From positions 64,001 through 128,000 of the IMG/VR virus record IMGVR_UViG_3300031576_001126: DNA of 64,000 nt; one strand, written 5' to 3'. Made by a program: the position numbers and the translations under genes. Position 1 is the first letter of the stretch. Every line of letters begins with the position of its first letter. This document shows positions 48,905 to 58,878 of this stretch, piece after piece. The notes beneath the pieces are model-generated. The model had not been told where the DNA came from. It worked only from the letters and a program-made list of their open reading frames with translations, and searched no databases. The stretch is from a virus.

Positions 48905-50457
48905 AAATCAATAATATTTGGTCAACTATAGAAGATATATCTGAAGAAGCCATTGTTTTTTTATATAATGAGCTTGCTTTTGATATCCCTGGCGCATATT
49001 TCGCAAAACAAAAGAATCCATACCTTAAAAATTGGGATGGGAAAAAAAGACTTTCCAAAAAAATAAAAGAAAGAAACGGATTAGTATTTTTAACTGGTCT
49101 TGTAGCCAGAGTGATTACTCTTTTACACGAACGATTTAATTTGATTTGCGATTTAGAAGACGAAAGAAAAAAACCAGATAAAACTTTATTTTATGACTGG
49201 AATGAATTGGATTTTGAATTAAGAAAATATCAAATAGACGTTGTAAAAGAATCTCTTAAAAAGAGTCGTGGGACCTTGGAAATGGCAACTGGATCTGGCA
49301 AGACGGTCGTTGCTTCAAAAATTATTCAAGAATTAGGTGTTTCACCTTTTATTTTTTACGTTACAACTCACGAATTACTTTATCAAGCAAAAGAAAGATT
49401 GGAAGCCAGTATAAAAAATTTAGAAGTCGGCATAATAGGAAATGGTTTGTGTGAAATAAAAGATATTAATGTTATGACGATTCAAACAGCAACAACAGTA
49501 TATGGTAAAAACATTTTAAAAGATCTTAAAAAATTCAAACCAGAAGATTTTGATTCAGACATAATCTCTTCTTGGAAAAAAGAAGATTTATCTCATATAA
49601 AAAAATTAGACAAGGCTCATAAAATAAAAGAATTAATAGAGAATTGCAAAGGAATGTATGCCGACGAAGCGCATCACGTTCCCTCTCAAACAGCGCATGA
49701 TATTATTACAAAATCAACAAATTGCTATCATATTTTTGGGGGATCGGCAACACCATATAGAACTGATAATGCTGACCTCATAATAGAAGGTTTGTTTGGG
49801 AGGAAAATTTGCAAAATAACAGCTTCGGCCCTAATTAAAATGGGATATTTAATGAAGCCTGAAATATACTTTATAAAACTTAAAAACAAACATAAAAGTT
49901 GTATAAACTATCAAGAGGATGTTAAATATAATATTATAGAAAATGAAGAAAGAAACAATCACATAAAACAGATATCTGAATTTTTAAGATCTCAGGATTT
50001 GTCTGTTTTGATATTAGTAAGATTAATTGAACATGGAAAAACTTTAAATAAAATGATTTACGGTTCTGAATTTATACATGGCAGTATAAGTAAAAACAAA
50101 AGATCACAAGAAATAAAAGATCTTAATTCTGGCAAAAATAGCATATTAATTGGTTCCGTGCTTGCAGACGAAGGGCTTGACATTCCTACTCTTAATTGTG
50201 TTATCCTTGCTGGAGGGGGAGAAAGTCCAATAAAATGCAAACAAAGAGTAGGGAGAGCTATTAGAAAATCAAAAGGTAAATCAAAAAGTATAATTTTTGA
50301 TTTCATGGATGTTGGCAAATACACAAAAAAACATTCTAAAGCTAGAATAAATATATTAAAGGACGAAGAAGAGTTTGTTGTTAGAGAAATAGATTCTTAT
50401 CCTTATAAAGGCGATTTTGAATTAAAGAGAGATTTTTCTGCAAACGAATTGTTTTAG
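48886..50457 (+). CDS. Superfamily 2 DNA helicase (UvsW/XPB-like)
   Basis: LRKYQ, ATGSGKT, DEAH, SAT, EGLDIP, QRVGR. ATG 48886 is preferred over TTG 48859. Confidence 0.9.
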   Translation: MSKPKIKINNIWSTIEDISEEAIVFLYNELAFDIPGAYFAKQKNPYLKNWDGKKRLSKKIKERNGLVFLTGLVARVITLLHERFNLICDLEDERKKPDKTLFYDWNELDFELRKYQIDVVKESLKKSRGTLEMATGSGKTVVASKIIQELGVSPFIFYVTTHELLYQAKERLEASIKNLEVGIIGNGLCEIKDINVMTIQTATTVYGKNILKDLKKFKPEDFDSDIISSWKKEDLSHIKKLDKAHKIKELIENCKGMYADEAHHVPSQTAHDIITKSTNCYHIFGGSATPYRTDNADLIIEGLFGRKICKITASALIKMGYLMKPEIYFIKLKNKHKSCINYQEDVKYNIIENEERNNHIKQISEFLRSQDLSVLILVRLIEHGKTLNKMIYGSEFIHGSISKNKRSQEIKDLNSGKNSILIGSVLADEGLDIPTLNCVILAGGGESPIKCKQRVGRAIRKSKGKSKSIIFDFMDVGKYTKKHSKARINILKDEEEFVVREIDSYPYKGDFELKRDFSANELF

Positions 50458-50469
50458 AAAAATTTAAAT

Positions 50470-51588
50470 ATGTCTAAAAAAAATACAAAAAATTATTATA
50501 ATATACTGGGTGTTTCTAAAGACGCATCTTTAGATGACATAAAAAAAGCCTTCAAAAACTTGGCTAAAAAATATCATCCAGATAAAACCGGAGAAGACAA
50601 AGACTCTGAAGAAAAATTTAAAGAAATAAGCGAAGCATATGAAAATCTTGCCGATCCTCAAAAAAGATCAAGATATGATTCAATTAGGTCTCCTAGAAAA
50701 TTTCCTCATTTTAAAGGGGGTTTCGATCCATTTGCTGGTGATTTTGATCCTTTTGATGATTTGAGAAAATTTAGTGGGTTTGGAAGACAAAAAAACGCTA
50801 AAGAAGAATTAACAGCTTATGTAAATATAGAAATAGATTTAGAAAAAATATGTTCCGGCACAGAAGAAAACATATTTTACGACAGGTGGTTTTGTTGTGA
50901 TGAATGTAATGGTAAAAAAACATTAAACAAAAACTCTATAATTATGTGTCGTGAATGTAATGGTCGTGGACAAATTTTAATGATGAATGGTCCGTTGACT
51001 ATTTTTTCAACCTGTCCAAGGTGTTATGGAAAATGCGAAATTATATCAGATCCATGCAAAAAATGCAATGGAAAAGGTTTTTTTGTTAAAAAACAAGAGT
51101 TAAAAAATATAAAAATACCAAAAGGGATAAGCGAAAATAATGTAATTAAAATAGACAAAATGGGACATTATAACGAAAATGGTTTGTGTGGGGATTTGAT
51201 TATTCAAATTTCTTATAAAGATCATCCTGTTTTTAAAAAATCTTTAGGCAAAATGGTAGCGAGAGATTGTGATGTTTTCTTTGAATGTTTTGTTCCTTTA
51301 CATGTGGCCATTTTAGGAGGAAAAATAAAAATTCCAACATTACAAGGTCCTTGTGATTTAGAAATTCAATCCGGATTAAAACATGGTTCCATTTTTATAC
51401 TTAAAAACAAAGGACTATATAAAATTAACAGGGGTGTTTCTGATTCTTTTGGAGATCAAATAAATATATTAAATATTGAAAATCCAAAAAACATAAGTGA
51501 CAAATTAAAAGAGGCTTTATTAGATATAAAAGAAGAAGAATATATAAACTATACAGAAAAAGTTAATAAAAAAGCAAACAAAATATGA
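50470..51588 (+). CDS. dnaJ: DnaJ co-chaperone (class A)
   Basis: J-domain with HPD, G/F-rich linker, four CxxCxG zinc motifs, C-terminal substrate-binding domain. Confidence 0.93.
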   Translation: MSKKNTKNYYNILGVSKDASLDDIKKAFKNLAKKYHPDKTGEDKDSEEKFKEISEAYENLADPQKRSRYDSIRSPRKFPHFKGGFDPFAGDFDPFDDLRKFSGFGRQKNAKEELTAYVNIEIDLEKICSGTEENIFYDRWFCCDECNGKKTLNKNSIIMCRECNGRGQILMMNGPLTIFSTCPRCYGKCEIISDPCKKCNGKGFFVKKQELKNIKIPKGISENNVIKIDKMGHYNENGLCGDLIIQISYKDHPVFKKSLGKMVARDCDVFFECFVPLHVAILGGKIKIPTLQGPCDLEIQSGLKHGSIFILKNKGLYKINRGVSDSFGDQINILNIENPKNISDKLKEALLDIKEEEYINYTEKVNKKANKI

Positions 51589-53357
51589 AAACCACAGATA
51601 TTTTATTAGAACTAATACTAAACGAAGTTTTTAAACACAAAAATTTAAAAATAGGAGATGTTGAACTCGATATTTCTGTTGCAGATCTTTATATTCTTGC
51701 CGATAGAAAAAAAACAAAAAGATCAATTAATTTAGCTTTAAAAAAACTAGCCGACGTTGGTATGTTACAATATAATCCAGAAGAAAAAAAGAAAACAAAA
51801 AATTTAATACTTAAAAATGTAATATGTTTTTCTAAAAAAATAAAAGATGATGTGTTTTTTGACTTTGATAATACTTTTTATGATTACTTTTCAAATTTTG
51901 ATGAAACAAATATCTTGGATAGTATAAAGTGTCAAAATAATAAAAACACAATATTAAAAAAATATATAAATTTTATTTATGAAATATCTCTCGAATTTTC
52001 AAACAAGAGGAGATGTTTTAAAAACGCAGGGTTGTTTTCAGACTTCATTGTGATAGATTTTCCTACTAAAGTTAACATTCAAACTGCGAAAGATTTTGCC
52101 AATTCAACAAAATGTTTCACCAAAAGTTTCGCAGATTTGCATATAAGATCTGAAAATTTTATATCATTCAAACTGCGAAAGATTTTGCCAATTCAACCAA
52201 AAGTTTCGCAGATCTGCGAAAGATTTGCCAAAATTTGCGAAAACTGGAAGACAATGTACGTACATAAGAATATACTATTATCTGAAAATAGAAACAATGT
52301 ACAAATTCCTTGTACGTACATTGTCTCCGAAATTTCGCAGATTGATTCAAAAGTTTCTCAGATTAAGAGGAAGCAAAAAATGGAGAAAGAAAACTTTATT
52401 GGAAAATTTAAACCTAATTATAAAAAAAATTCAAAAGATTCAAAAGTTTTATTTGTTTCAAAATCACAATCTATAAATATAGAAGACATATTAGATGACA
52501 AGGAAGTTGTCAGAGGAATAGAAAATATGCCTTTGTCGGCTTATAAAGCTAGACAATGGATGGATTTAATATATAAACTTCATAAAAAAATAAGAGGATA
52601 TAATTATAACTCAGGTATCCTCGTAGATAGTCAAGCCCTAACGGGGAAGATTTATCCGCTTGTTTTTGAAAAATTTGAATTTAGTGCTATTGATTTTAAA
52701 GAATATATAGAAGAACTAATAGAACAGAAAGATTATTCTGGAAAGTTTGTTAAATTTATTGTGGGTTTTATAGGATCTAATGATTCAAGGATAAATGATA
52801 TTGAACGATTTATAGGGCACAAGAAGAGGCTTCGTGAAGAAGATATTTTCGAGGATAAAATCTACCTACCTCATTGGCCCTTGACAGCAGATAACGATGA
52901 CTTGTATACTGTTATTAATAGGATGCCGAAAAGGCCATTGGCTATCCTTTATAATTATGGTATAGTTTTGTATTATAGATTTTTGCAAGCAAAAAACGCT
53001 TTTTCTATGGAAGAAGCCATTGATGAAATTAGTCGAATTTTCATCAAAGAATTTATCGAATTAAAAATGATAGACTCACATCCAGATGTCGTTGAAAAAA
53101 TTCTTGCGGGAATTGCGAAGAATACTCTACTATGGGAGCCATACCCTGAAAACGAAGCAGGGAAATCGACATATTTAAAACATATTGACTGGAGAAAATC
53201 ATTTTATAAGATTTTTTCGGATAAAAAATTCAAAATAACATCTTCCCTTTGGTGGAAAGATCATCAAAACAACAATTTAAACAAAATTCCAGCAGTTGAC
53301 CTGATGTTTAAAAAAAGAAACAAAAATGCATTACATATCGAAAATCTCGTAGTTTAA
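51585..53357 (+). CDS. Hypothetical protein, putative replication initiator (wHTH-like N-terminus, internal DNA repeat array)
   Basis: N-terminal ISVADL...KRSINLALKKLADVGML resembles a winged HTH. The DNA repeat cluster at 52076-52364 and the position upstream of loader/helicase genes support an initiator role (inference). Confidence 0.5.
   Translation: MKTTDILLELILNEVFKHKNLKIGDVELDISVADLYILADRKKTKRSINLALKKLADVGMLQYNPEEKKKTKNLILKNVICFSKKIKDDVFFDFDNTFYDYFSNFDETNILDSIKCQNNKNTILKKYINFIYEISLEFSNKRRCFKNAGLFSDFIVIDFPTKVNIQTAKDFANSTKCFTKSFADLHIRSENFISFKLRKILPIQPKVSQICERFAKICENWKTMYVHKNILLSENRNNVQIPCTYIVSEISQIDSKVSQIKRKQKMEKENFIGKFKPNYKKNSKDSKVLFVSKSQSINIEDILDDKEVVRGIENMPLSAYKARQWMDLIYKLHKKIRGYNYNSGILVDSQALTGKIYPLVFEKFEFSAIDFKEYIEELIEQKDYSGKFVKFIVGFIGSNDSRINDIERFIGHKKRLREEDIFEDKIYLPHWPLTADNDDLYTVINRMPKRPLAILYNYGIVLYYRFLQAKNAFSMEEAIDEISRIFIKEFIELKMIDSHPDVVEKILAGIAKNTLLWEPYPENEAGKSTYLKHIDWRKSFYKIFSDKKFKITSSLWWKDHQNNNLNKIPAVDLMFKKRNKNALHIENLVV
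52076..52364. repeat. Iteron/palindrome array, candidate replication origin
   Basis: Perfect 33-bp direct repeat CATTCAAACTGCGAAAGATTTTGCCAATTCAAC (52076-52108, 52165-52197). CCAAAAGTTTCGCAGAT occurs twice (52120, 52197). An 18-bp perfect palindrome TTTCGCAGATCTGCGAAA lies at 52204-52221. A 16-bp inverted repeat AGACAATGTACGTACA is at 52249-52264 / 52311-52326. Confidence 0.85.
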
Positions 53358-53380
53358 AACACAAAAACAGGAGAAATGAA

Positions 53381-55147
53381 ATGGCAGCAAAAAAAGAAAG
53401 TCAATCTGTTCCGCAAAATGAAAAAAAACTTGTAGGTAAATTTTTAACAGCCGCTCAAGAACTTACGGATTTAATAAGAAGTGTCAAGCCAGTTATTTAT
53501 CTGGAAAGCAACGAGTCGGAAAAAACAATTATAAATATAATTGGTAAAATTTGTGAGGATGGGACTCATGGAGATAAGTATAAAAGACAACTTTATATTT
53601 GGGATTCTGTTAAAGGTCTCTATTCAAGAGAAATAATAAACGGGTATCCAGAGACAACGGTTCATAACGATCAAGCTAAAGATCCGGGAGCCATATTGGA
53701 TGTTATTATATCAGAGCAACCAAAAAGCGGAGATTCTTGTTATATTTTGTGTGAATTTCATCATTATTTAGAAAATTCAAATATTCAAAGAAGATTGCGT
53801 AATTTTGTGGAAGAGGTTGCCTCAAGAAAGAGAAAAAACATTATTTTACTTTGTCCAAAAAATGCTGGTATGTCTAGAGATGGAAAAAAAATTCCCATGG
53901 AACTCGAAAATATTGTTCATATTTTTGAGTGGCCCATTCCAGATAGCGAGGTTTTAAGGGATAGTGTTTGCGGCAGTTTGATTCCTTCTTTTAATCTTGC
54001 TTTTAAAAATAGGAATCCTCCTCTTCCAGAGTTGAAATTTGATGAAGATGCGATTGATGAATTGGTCAATTCTTTTAAGGGATTAACTTTGGCGGAAGTT
54101 GAATCAGCCGCTTGCTCTTCGGTTGTTAAAACACAAACTCTTGTCCCAGAAATAATTATCAAAGCAAAAAAACAAATAATTAAGAAGAGTGGTCTCGTGG
54201 AATATATAGAACCAAGGGGAGATAAATTAGATGATGTCGGTGGAGTTGAGAATTTAAAAAAATGGCTCAATGAAAGAAAACCAATTCTTTCCGAGAATGC
54301 TTTTGAGTTTGGATGTGATATGCCGAATGGAATGATGTTAATCGGTCCATGGGGAACCGGAAAATCTACCGTTGCAAAAGCTGTTATCAATGAATGGGGT
54401 CTTCCGGGATTGAGAATTGATGCTGCAAAAATCATGGACAGTTTTGTTGGGTCGTCGGAGCGCAACGCCGCCGCCGCATTAAAAGTTGCTGATTCAGTTG
54501 CACCCTGCATTTTATGGTGGGACGAAATCGATGACCTTTTTAGCGGTGCGGCATCCTCGGCGGTTAGCGATGGCGGAACAACATCCCGTGTTATTGGAAC
54601 TATTTCAACATGGATGAACGAACATGAGGGATTGGTTTTTAATATATTCACTGCGAATGACGTAAGTAATAGACCACCCAAACTATTTAGAAAAGGTCGT
54701 ATTGATGAAATTTTCATTGTTGATCTTCCGACAGAAGAAGAACGAAAAGAAATTTTTAATATCCATATTGAAAAACGTCGTCAAAAAGGCTATGTAAAAG
54801 AAAGACGAATTGATATCGACAAGTTTGCTAAAATGTCAAAAATGTTTTCTGGAGCGGAAATTCGAGAGGCGGTAAATACCGGCTTTATAAGGGCATATAA
54901 CGATGGAAAACGTGACATCAAAACTGCCGATATTTTTGATGCCATTAAAAATACTATCCCACTTTCATGTACAATGAAAGAAAATCTCATTCAAATACGA
55001 AAATGGCAACAAGGTCGTGCGGTTAGAGCTTCAATTTTCTCTCCTGAAGAAATAATTGATTTTAAAGAATATAGTCAAGGCATTTTAAATTCAAATTATA
55101 GTGTGTCTGGAGAATCCCCAGGCGCTGCTGGTTTGATTGACGTATAA
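53381..55147 (+). CDS. Ycf46-like AAA+ ATPase (degenerate N-terminal AAA module + active C-terminal module)
   Basis: LDDVGGVENLKKWL, Walker A GPWGTGKS, VGSSE, Walker B ILWWDEID, TAN, RKGRIDE; AGGAG RBS. Confidence 0.85.
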   Translation: MAAKKESQSVPQNEKKLVGKFLTAAQELTDLIRSVKPVIYLESNESEKTIINIIGKICEDGTHGDKYKRQLYIWDSVKGLYSREIINGYPETTVHNDQAKDPGAILDVIISEQPKSGDSCYILCEFHHYLENSNIQRRLRNFVEEVASRKRKNIILLCPKNAGMSRDGKKIPMELENIVHIFEWPIPDSEVLRDSVCGSLIPSFNLAFKNRNPPLPELKFDEDAIDELVNSFKGLTLAEVESAACSSVVKTQTLVPEIIIKAKKQIIKKSGLVEYIEPRGDKLDDVGGVENLKKWLNERKPILSENAFEFGCDMPNGMMLIGPWGTGKSTVAKAVINEWGLPGLRIDAAKIMDSFVGSSERNAAAALKVADSVAPCILWWDEIDDLFSGAASSAVSDGGTTSRVIGTISTWMNEHEGLVFNIFTANDVSNRPPKLFRKGRIDEIFIVDLPTEEERKEIFNIHIEKRRQKGYVKERRIDIDKFAKMSKMFSGAEIREAVNTGFIRAYNDGKRDIKTADIFDAIKNTIPLSCTMKENLIQIRKWQQGRAVRASIFSPEEIIDFKEYSQGILNSNYSVSGESPGAAGLIDV

Positions 55148-55155
55148 TTTTAACA

Positions 55156-55215
55156 TAGAAGAAAGAGTCTTTCTAGTTTAGAATAGAAGGGCTTCATCTA
55201 TTAACCTTTTTGTTT
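55156..55215 (+). terminator. Candidate hairpin/terminator between the AAA+ and loader genes
   Basis: GAGTCTTTCTA / TAGAAGGGCTT stem (with G-U pairs), extended outer pairing, and a downstream CCTTTTTGTTT. Confidence 0.35.
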
Positions 55216-55225
55216 GGAATAAAAC

Positions 55226-56056
55226 ATGGAAAGCATGCAAAAGACATTTTCCTTGAGTAAAGCAATGGAAAATGACGAAAAAAAGTTTTATAGAAAAAAT
55301 TCCGACATTCCTAAAGAATATTGGGCATATCGGTGGGTCAAGGTTTCCGATGGAGATAAATTTTATGATCCAGAATTCTCAACTCAAAACAAGATAATTT
55401 CTGAAAAAACAATTTTCAATAGAACTAAAGCCAGAGATTTCGCTATAGATTATGTTAAAAATTTAGATCAAAATATTTCTTCCGGAAAGTCTATAGTATT
55501 TATGGGTGGAAAAGATTCAGGAAAAACTGTTCTTGCAACATTAATTTTAAGAGAGATTATCAACAAAACACTTGGAGACGTTTTGTTTGTGCCGTTTAGT
55601 CAACTTATCGTTGAATCAAATGTATATCTTCAAGACGATATAAAGAATTTTACAGAGAAATATACATCTCCGTTGGCTTTGTGTATTGACGATATTGATG
55701 TAAGGAACACCTCCGAGAAGCTTAAAGAATACTTAGATCATATTTTAACTTTTAGAAGATTAAATCTTCTGCCAACAATCATTACCTCGGTGGGAGACTT
55801 TAAGGACATTAGAAAGACATGCGGAGATCCCGTATATAGATTATTATCCGATAACAAAATATATAAAATATTTAGCATAGCGTCTTTTGATGAACAAAAT
55901 TATGGTATAGATTATTTTCACACAGGACACAAGGTCGATATAGATTTGTTAATCTCGGAACTTAGAAAGATAAAGATTTCCAAAGGAAAAGAAAACAAAA
56001 TAAGTATGGAAGAGCTTCAATCCGTTCTTTGTAGAGCTATTCATGGACAGAGTTGA
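55226..56056 (+). CDS. DnaC/IstB-like helicase loader ATPase
   Basis: IP..Y, A..Y..N, GKSIVFMGGKDSGKT, LCIDD, R...LLPTIITS, RL; directly upstream of dnaB. Confidence 0.8.
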   Translation: MESMQKTFSLSKAMENDEKKFYRKNSDIPKEYWAYRWVKVSDGDKFYDPEFSTQNKIISEKTIFNRTKARDFAIDYVKNLDQNISSGKSIVFMGGKDSGKTVLATLILREIINKTLGDVLFVPFSQLIVESNVYLQDDIKNFTEKYTSPLALCIDDIDVRNTSEKLKEYLDHILTFRRLNLLPTIITSVGDFKDIRKTCGDPVYRLLSDNKIYKIFSIASFDEQNYGIDYFHTGHKVDIDLLISELRKIKISKGKENKISMEELQSVLCRAIHGQS

Positions 56057-57671
56057 ATTAGAAAATCAAATTATATATTTTATATTGTCTGATCCAAAAC
56101 TTCTTGAATCTTCAATTTTGGAAAAGGGAATAGATGTATCTTCTTTTTCCGACGAGGGCAATAGATTAGTTTCGTCCATGGCGTTTGACTATTTTGAAAG
56201 ATTTGGAAAATGCGTTCCAAAAGAAGAGTTTGATATTTTAATAAACGATAAGCTAAATAAGAAAAAAATAACCCAGGCACAACATCATTCCTCAATAAAA
56301 GCTTTTAAAAGAGCGTTGAATTTGGATGGAGAAATTACTCCTGTGCAATTTGACCGAATTGCTTATGATTTGGTGTCTGTCGTTAAAAACACATCAGCAA
56401 GAGAAATAATTTTAAAACATAGCGGTCTTTTAAATAGTTTCAAAACGCTGGATTATATAGATAAAATAACCGGAGAATTAGACAAATTAAGAATAAACAA
56501 CGGGGAACTGGACGATATAGAGGTTCTTGATGTTTATAAAGATATAGAACTTCAAATTGAGGATTTGAAGAAAAGAAGAAACGATGAAAATGCCAGAGGA
56601 ATTCCAACAGGAATAAGAACTTTAGATGAAAGATTTGTTGGCTTTGAAAAGAGATTTTTGACAATAGTTGCGGCTGTTATTAATACAGGAAAATCTACAT
56701 TCGTATTAAATGTGTCAAGAAATGCCGCTGAATTTTTTGGAAAAAAAGTTTTAATCATGTCCCTCGAAATGCCAACTAAGCAATGGGCAAGAAAATATAA
56801 TGCGTTGGATTGTTGGGTTCCATATAGCTACTTGCAAAGAGGAAACAAAACGCTTTTGCCAGATGATGAGTTTGAAAACTTTTGTAAGCGGCTGGAAGAA
56901 AGACGAGACAAAGGAAGGTCGGGAGAATATAGGATTATTTCTGCCCCGGCTAGTAAATATTCATTTAAAGAACTAATGAATCTTAAAGATAAAAAACTAC
57001 CAACATATAAGCCAGATATTATTTTTATAGACCAACTATCTTTAATTAAACTTCCTGGCAAAAGAGAAAAAAAAGATGAATTGGGAGATTTGACAAAAGA
57101 AATAATAGCCTATGGATATATAAAAGATATCGCAATGGTCGCCGTGGCCCAAGCGAACAGGGCGTCAATTAGAAGAAATGGAGCTAAAAGGGAAATAGAT
57201 ATCAATATAGAAAACTTGGAAGACTCAAATAAAATAGGCGCAGATGCTCATAATGTTTTAGCGCTTATGTCTCCTCCGTCTTCCGGTGGCCATAGAATGT
57301 TGCTTAAAATAGTGAAACAACGAGATGGAGAAACAGGAACTTTTGAAATAGCATCAAGATTGGATTATTGTGCTATAATTGATATCGAAACAGAAGAAAT
57401 TGGAAATTCATCGCTTGAAGATGGAGATCTCGTTTTTGGAGAAGAAGAAATTGATGATACGGGTCTTGATGCGATATCAGGCGAGCCAGTTAAAGCGAAC
57501 CTTCCTGAAAATCTTTCAAAAGCCATAGCGATAGATTCTCGACCAAACAATGAAGATTCAATACTGAACAAAAGCGCAGAAGAGTTAAAGAAACAAAAGA
57601 ATCCATTTGCCGCAGATGACGATTACGATATTATAAGAACAAATGAGATGGAAGATATTTTTAATGAGTAA
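56043..57671 (+). CDS. dnaB: DnaB-like replicative helicase
   Basis: GIPTG..LD, AAVINTGKS, SLEM, IFIDQL, VAQANR, KQRDG; acidic C-terminal tail. Confidence 0.9.
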   Translation: MDRVELENQIIYFILSDPKLLESSILEKGIDVSSFSDEGNRLVSSMAFDYFERFGKCVPKEEFDILINDKLNKKKITQAQHHSSIKAFKRALNLDGEITPVQFDRIAYDLVSVVKNTSAREIILKHSGLLNSFKTLDYIDKITGELDKLRINNGELDDIEVLDVYKDIELQIEDLKKRRNDENARGIPTGIRTLDERFVGFEKRFLTIVAAVINTGKSTFVLNVSRNAAEFFGKKVLIMSLEMPTKQWARKYNALDCWVPYSYLQRGNKTLLPDDEFENFCKRLEERRDKGRSGEYRIISAPASKYSFKELMNLKDKKLPTYKPDIIFIDQLSLIKLPGKREKKDELGDLTKEIIAYGYIKDIAMVAVAQANRASIRRNGAKREIDINIENLEDSNKIGADAHNVLALMSPPSSGGHRMLLKIVKQRDGETGTFEIASRLDYCAIIDIETEEIGNSSLEDGDLVFGEEEIDDTGLDAISGEPVKANLPENLSKAIAIDSRPNNEDSILNKSAEELKKQKNPFAADDDYDIIRTNEMEDIFNE

Positions 57672-58827
57672 AGAAGATAATAGTGTCTTTTATCTTAATA
57701 TTTTTGATGAAATAAGATCAACTGTCTCTCTAGTTAAAGAGATGGAGAGCCATGGAATAAAATTTGTGTCAGGGGGGAGAGGGAGGCTCAAATGTTGTTG
57801 TCCTTTTCCAGATCACAAAGACGGAACACCATCATGTTTTGTCTGGACAAACAATGATCCTGAGTCATTTTATTGTTTTGGATGTAAAAAAAGTGGCAGT
57901 GTTATTGATTTTACAATGTATTATGGAGAAAACGGGCAAGATCAACTAACCTTACGTAGCTCTATAGAATATCTTATAAAAAAACATGATATAAAGTCAG
58001 ACAGATTTGATATAGAAAAAATAAAAAATATTCCAGACAAGTATAAAAAAAATGAGCCTCCGTTTTTTTCAAAAACATTACTAATTTCAGAAGACATTAG
58101 AGATTTTATTTCACAATCTATAGATCTCGATAGAGATTTTAAGGAAATTTCCCATTATACAAGAAATATAGATTTGTCTCTGTTTAATAGAGATTATCAG
58201 TCAATTGGGGTATATGAAGAAATAATAAGCAAAGCCCTTAAAAGTGTGAGAAAAAAAGATTTGATATTTGGTCTTAAAAAAGAATGTTTAAATTGTCATC
58301 TTTGTGATTTGAGGTTGGGTTGTAAGAAGCCAATTTTTGGAAATGGAAACTATTCGGCAAAAATTTTAATACTTTGGGATTCTCCTCATGAATTTGAAAA
58401 CAAACAAGATAAATTAATCGACTATGGGATAGGTAAAATTTTACAAGATAAAATTGTCAAAAATAAAATAGATATCTCTCTTTTTTGGTTTGCAACATGC
58501 ATTTGTTGCTCATCAAAAAGAAATCCCAAGACAGAAGAAGTAAATATGTGTATAAAATCTTATTTATCAAAAGTGTTGAATTGTATTGATATAAAAAGTA
58601 TAATAATTATTGGAGAAAAAACAAAAGATTTTTTATTGCCCAATATGATTGAGGAAGAATACAATTCTATGTGTTGGTCAAAAAGGTCCGTGACTTTGTT
58701 TGGGAAAAGTTATTCTGTGGCTTTTTTGCCTGAGACTTCTCGTATTTTTAACAAAAGTCAGGCTCAAAATTTGTTGGAGCCGAAATTTGTTGCGCTTTTG
58801 AACGAAGCCGTGATATCTTTGTCTTGA
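57664..58827 (+). CDS. Primase CHC2 zinc-finger fused to a degenerate family-4 uracil-DNA-glycosylase-like domain
   Basis: CPFPDHKDGTPS...FYCFGC...GSVIDF is zf-CHC2. The C-terminal CLNCHLC...IFGNG...AKILI...CC...RNP..EE...C..YL matches the UDG4/Fe-S scaffold. No TOPRIM domain is present. Confidence 0.8.
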   Translation: MSKEDNSVFYLNIFDEIRSTVSLVKEMESHGIKFVSGGRGRLKCCCPFPDHKDGTPSCFVWTNNDPESFYCFGCKKSGSVIDFTMYYGENGQDQLTLRSSIEYLIKKHDIKSDRFDIEKIKNIPDKYKKNEPPFFSKTLLISEDIRDFISQSIDLDRDFKEISHYTRNIDLSLFNRDYQSIGVYEEIISKALKSVRKKDLIFGLKKECLNCHLCDLRLGCKKPIFGNGNYSAKILILWDSPHEFENKQDKLIDYGIGKILQDKIVKNKIDISLFWFATCICCSSKRNPKTEEVNMCIKSYLSKVLNCIDIKSIIIIGEKTKDFLLPNMIEEEYNSMCWSKRSVTLFGKSYSVAFLPETSRIFNKSQAQNLLEPKFVALLNEAVISLS

Positions 58828-58878
58828 CCTTACGCATATTTTTGTGCGAACATACAGCCATATGAGGAGTCCAAAAAC

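Noticed and set aside
52076-52197. Possible mini-CRISPR array (33-bp repeats)
   Set aside because: There are only two copies, the 56-bp spacer itself contains the sub-repeat, the array lies inside an ORF, and no cas genes are in the window. An iteron interpretation fits better.
53917-54717. 266-aa minus-strand ORF, and similar ones such as 5364-5912 and 58830-59372
   Set aside because: These are antisense shadows of well-supported plus-strand genes, with no motifs or RBS and a composition typical of reverse-frame reads.
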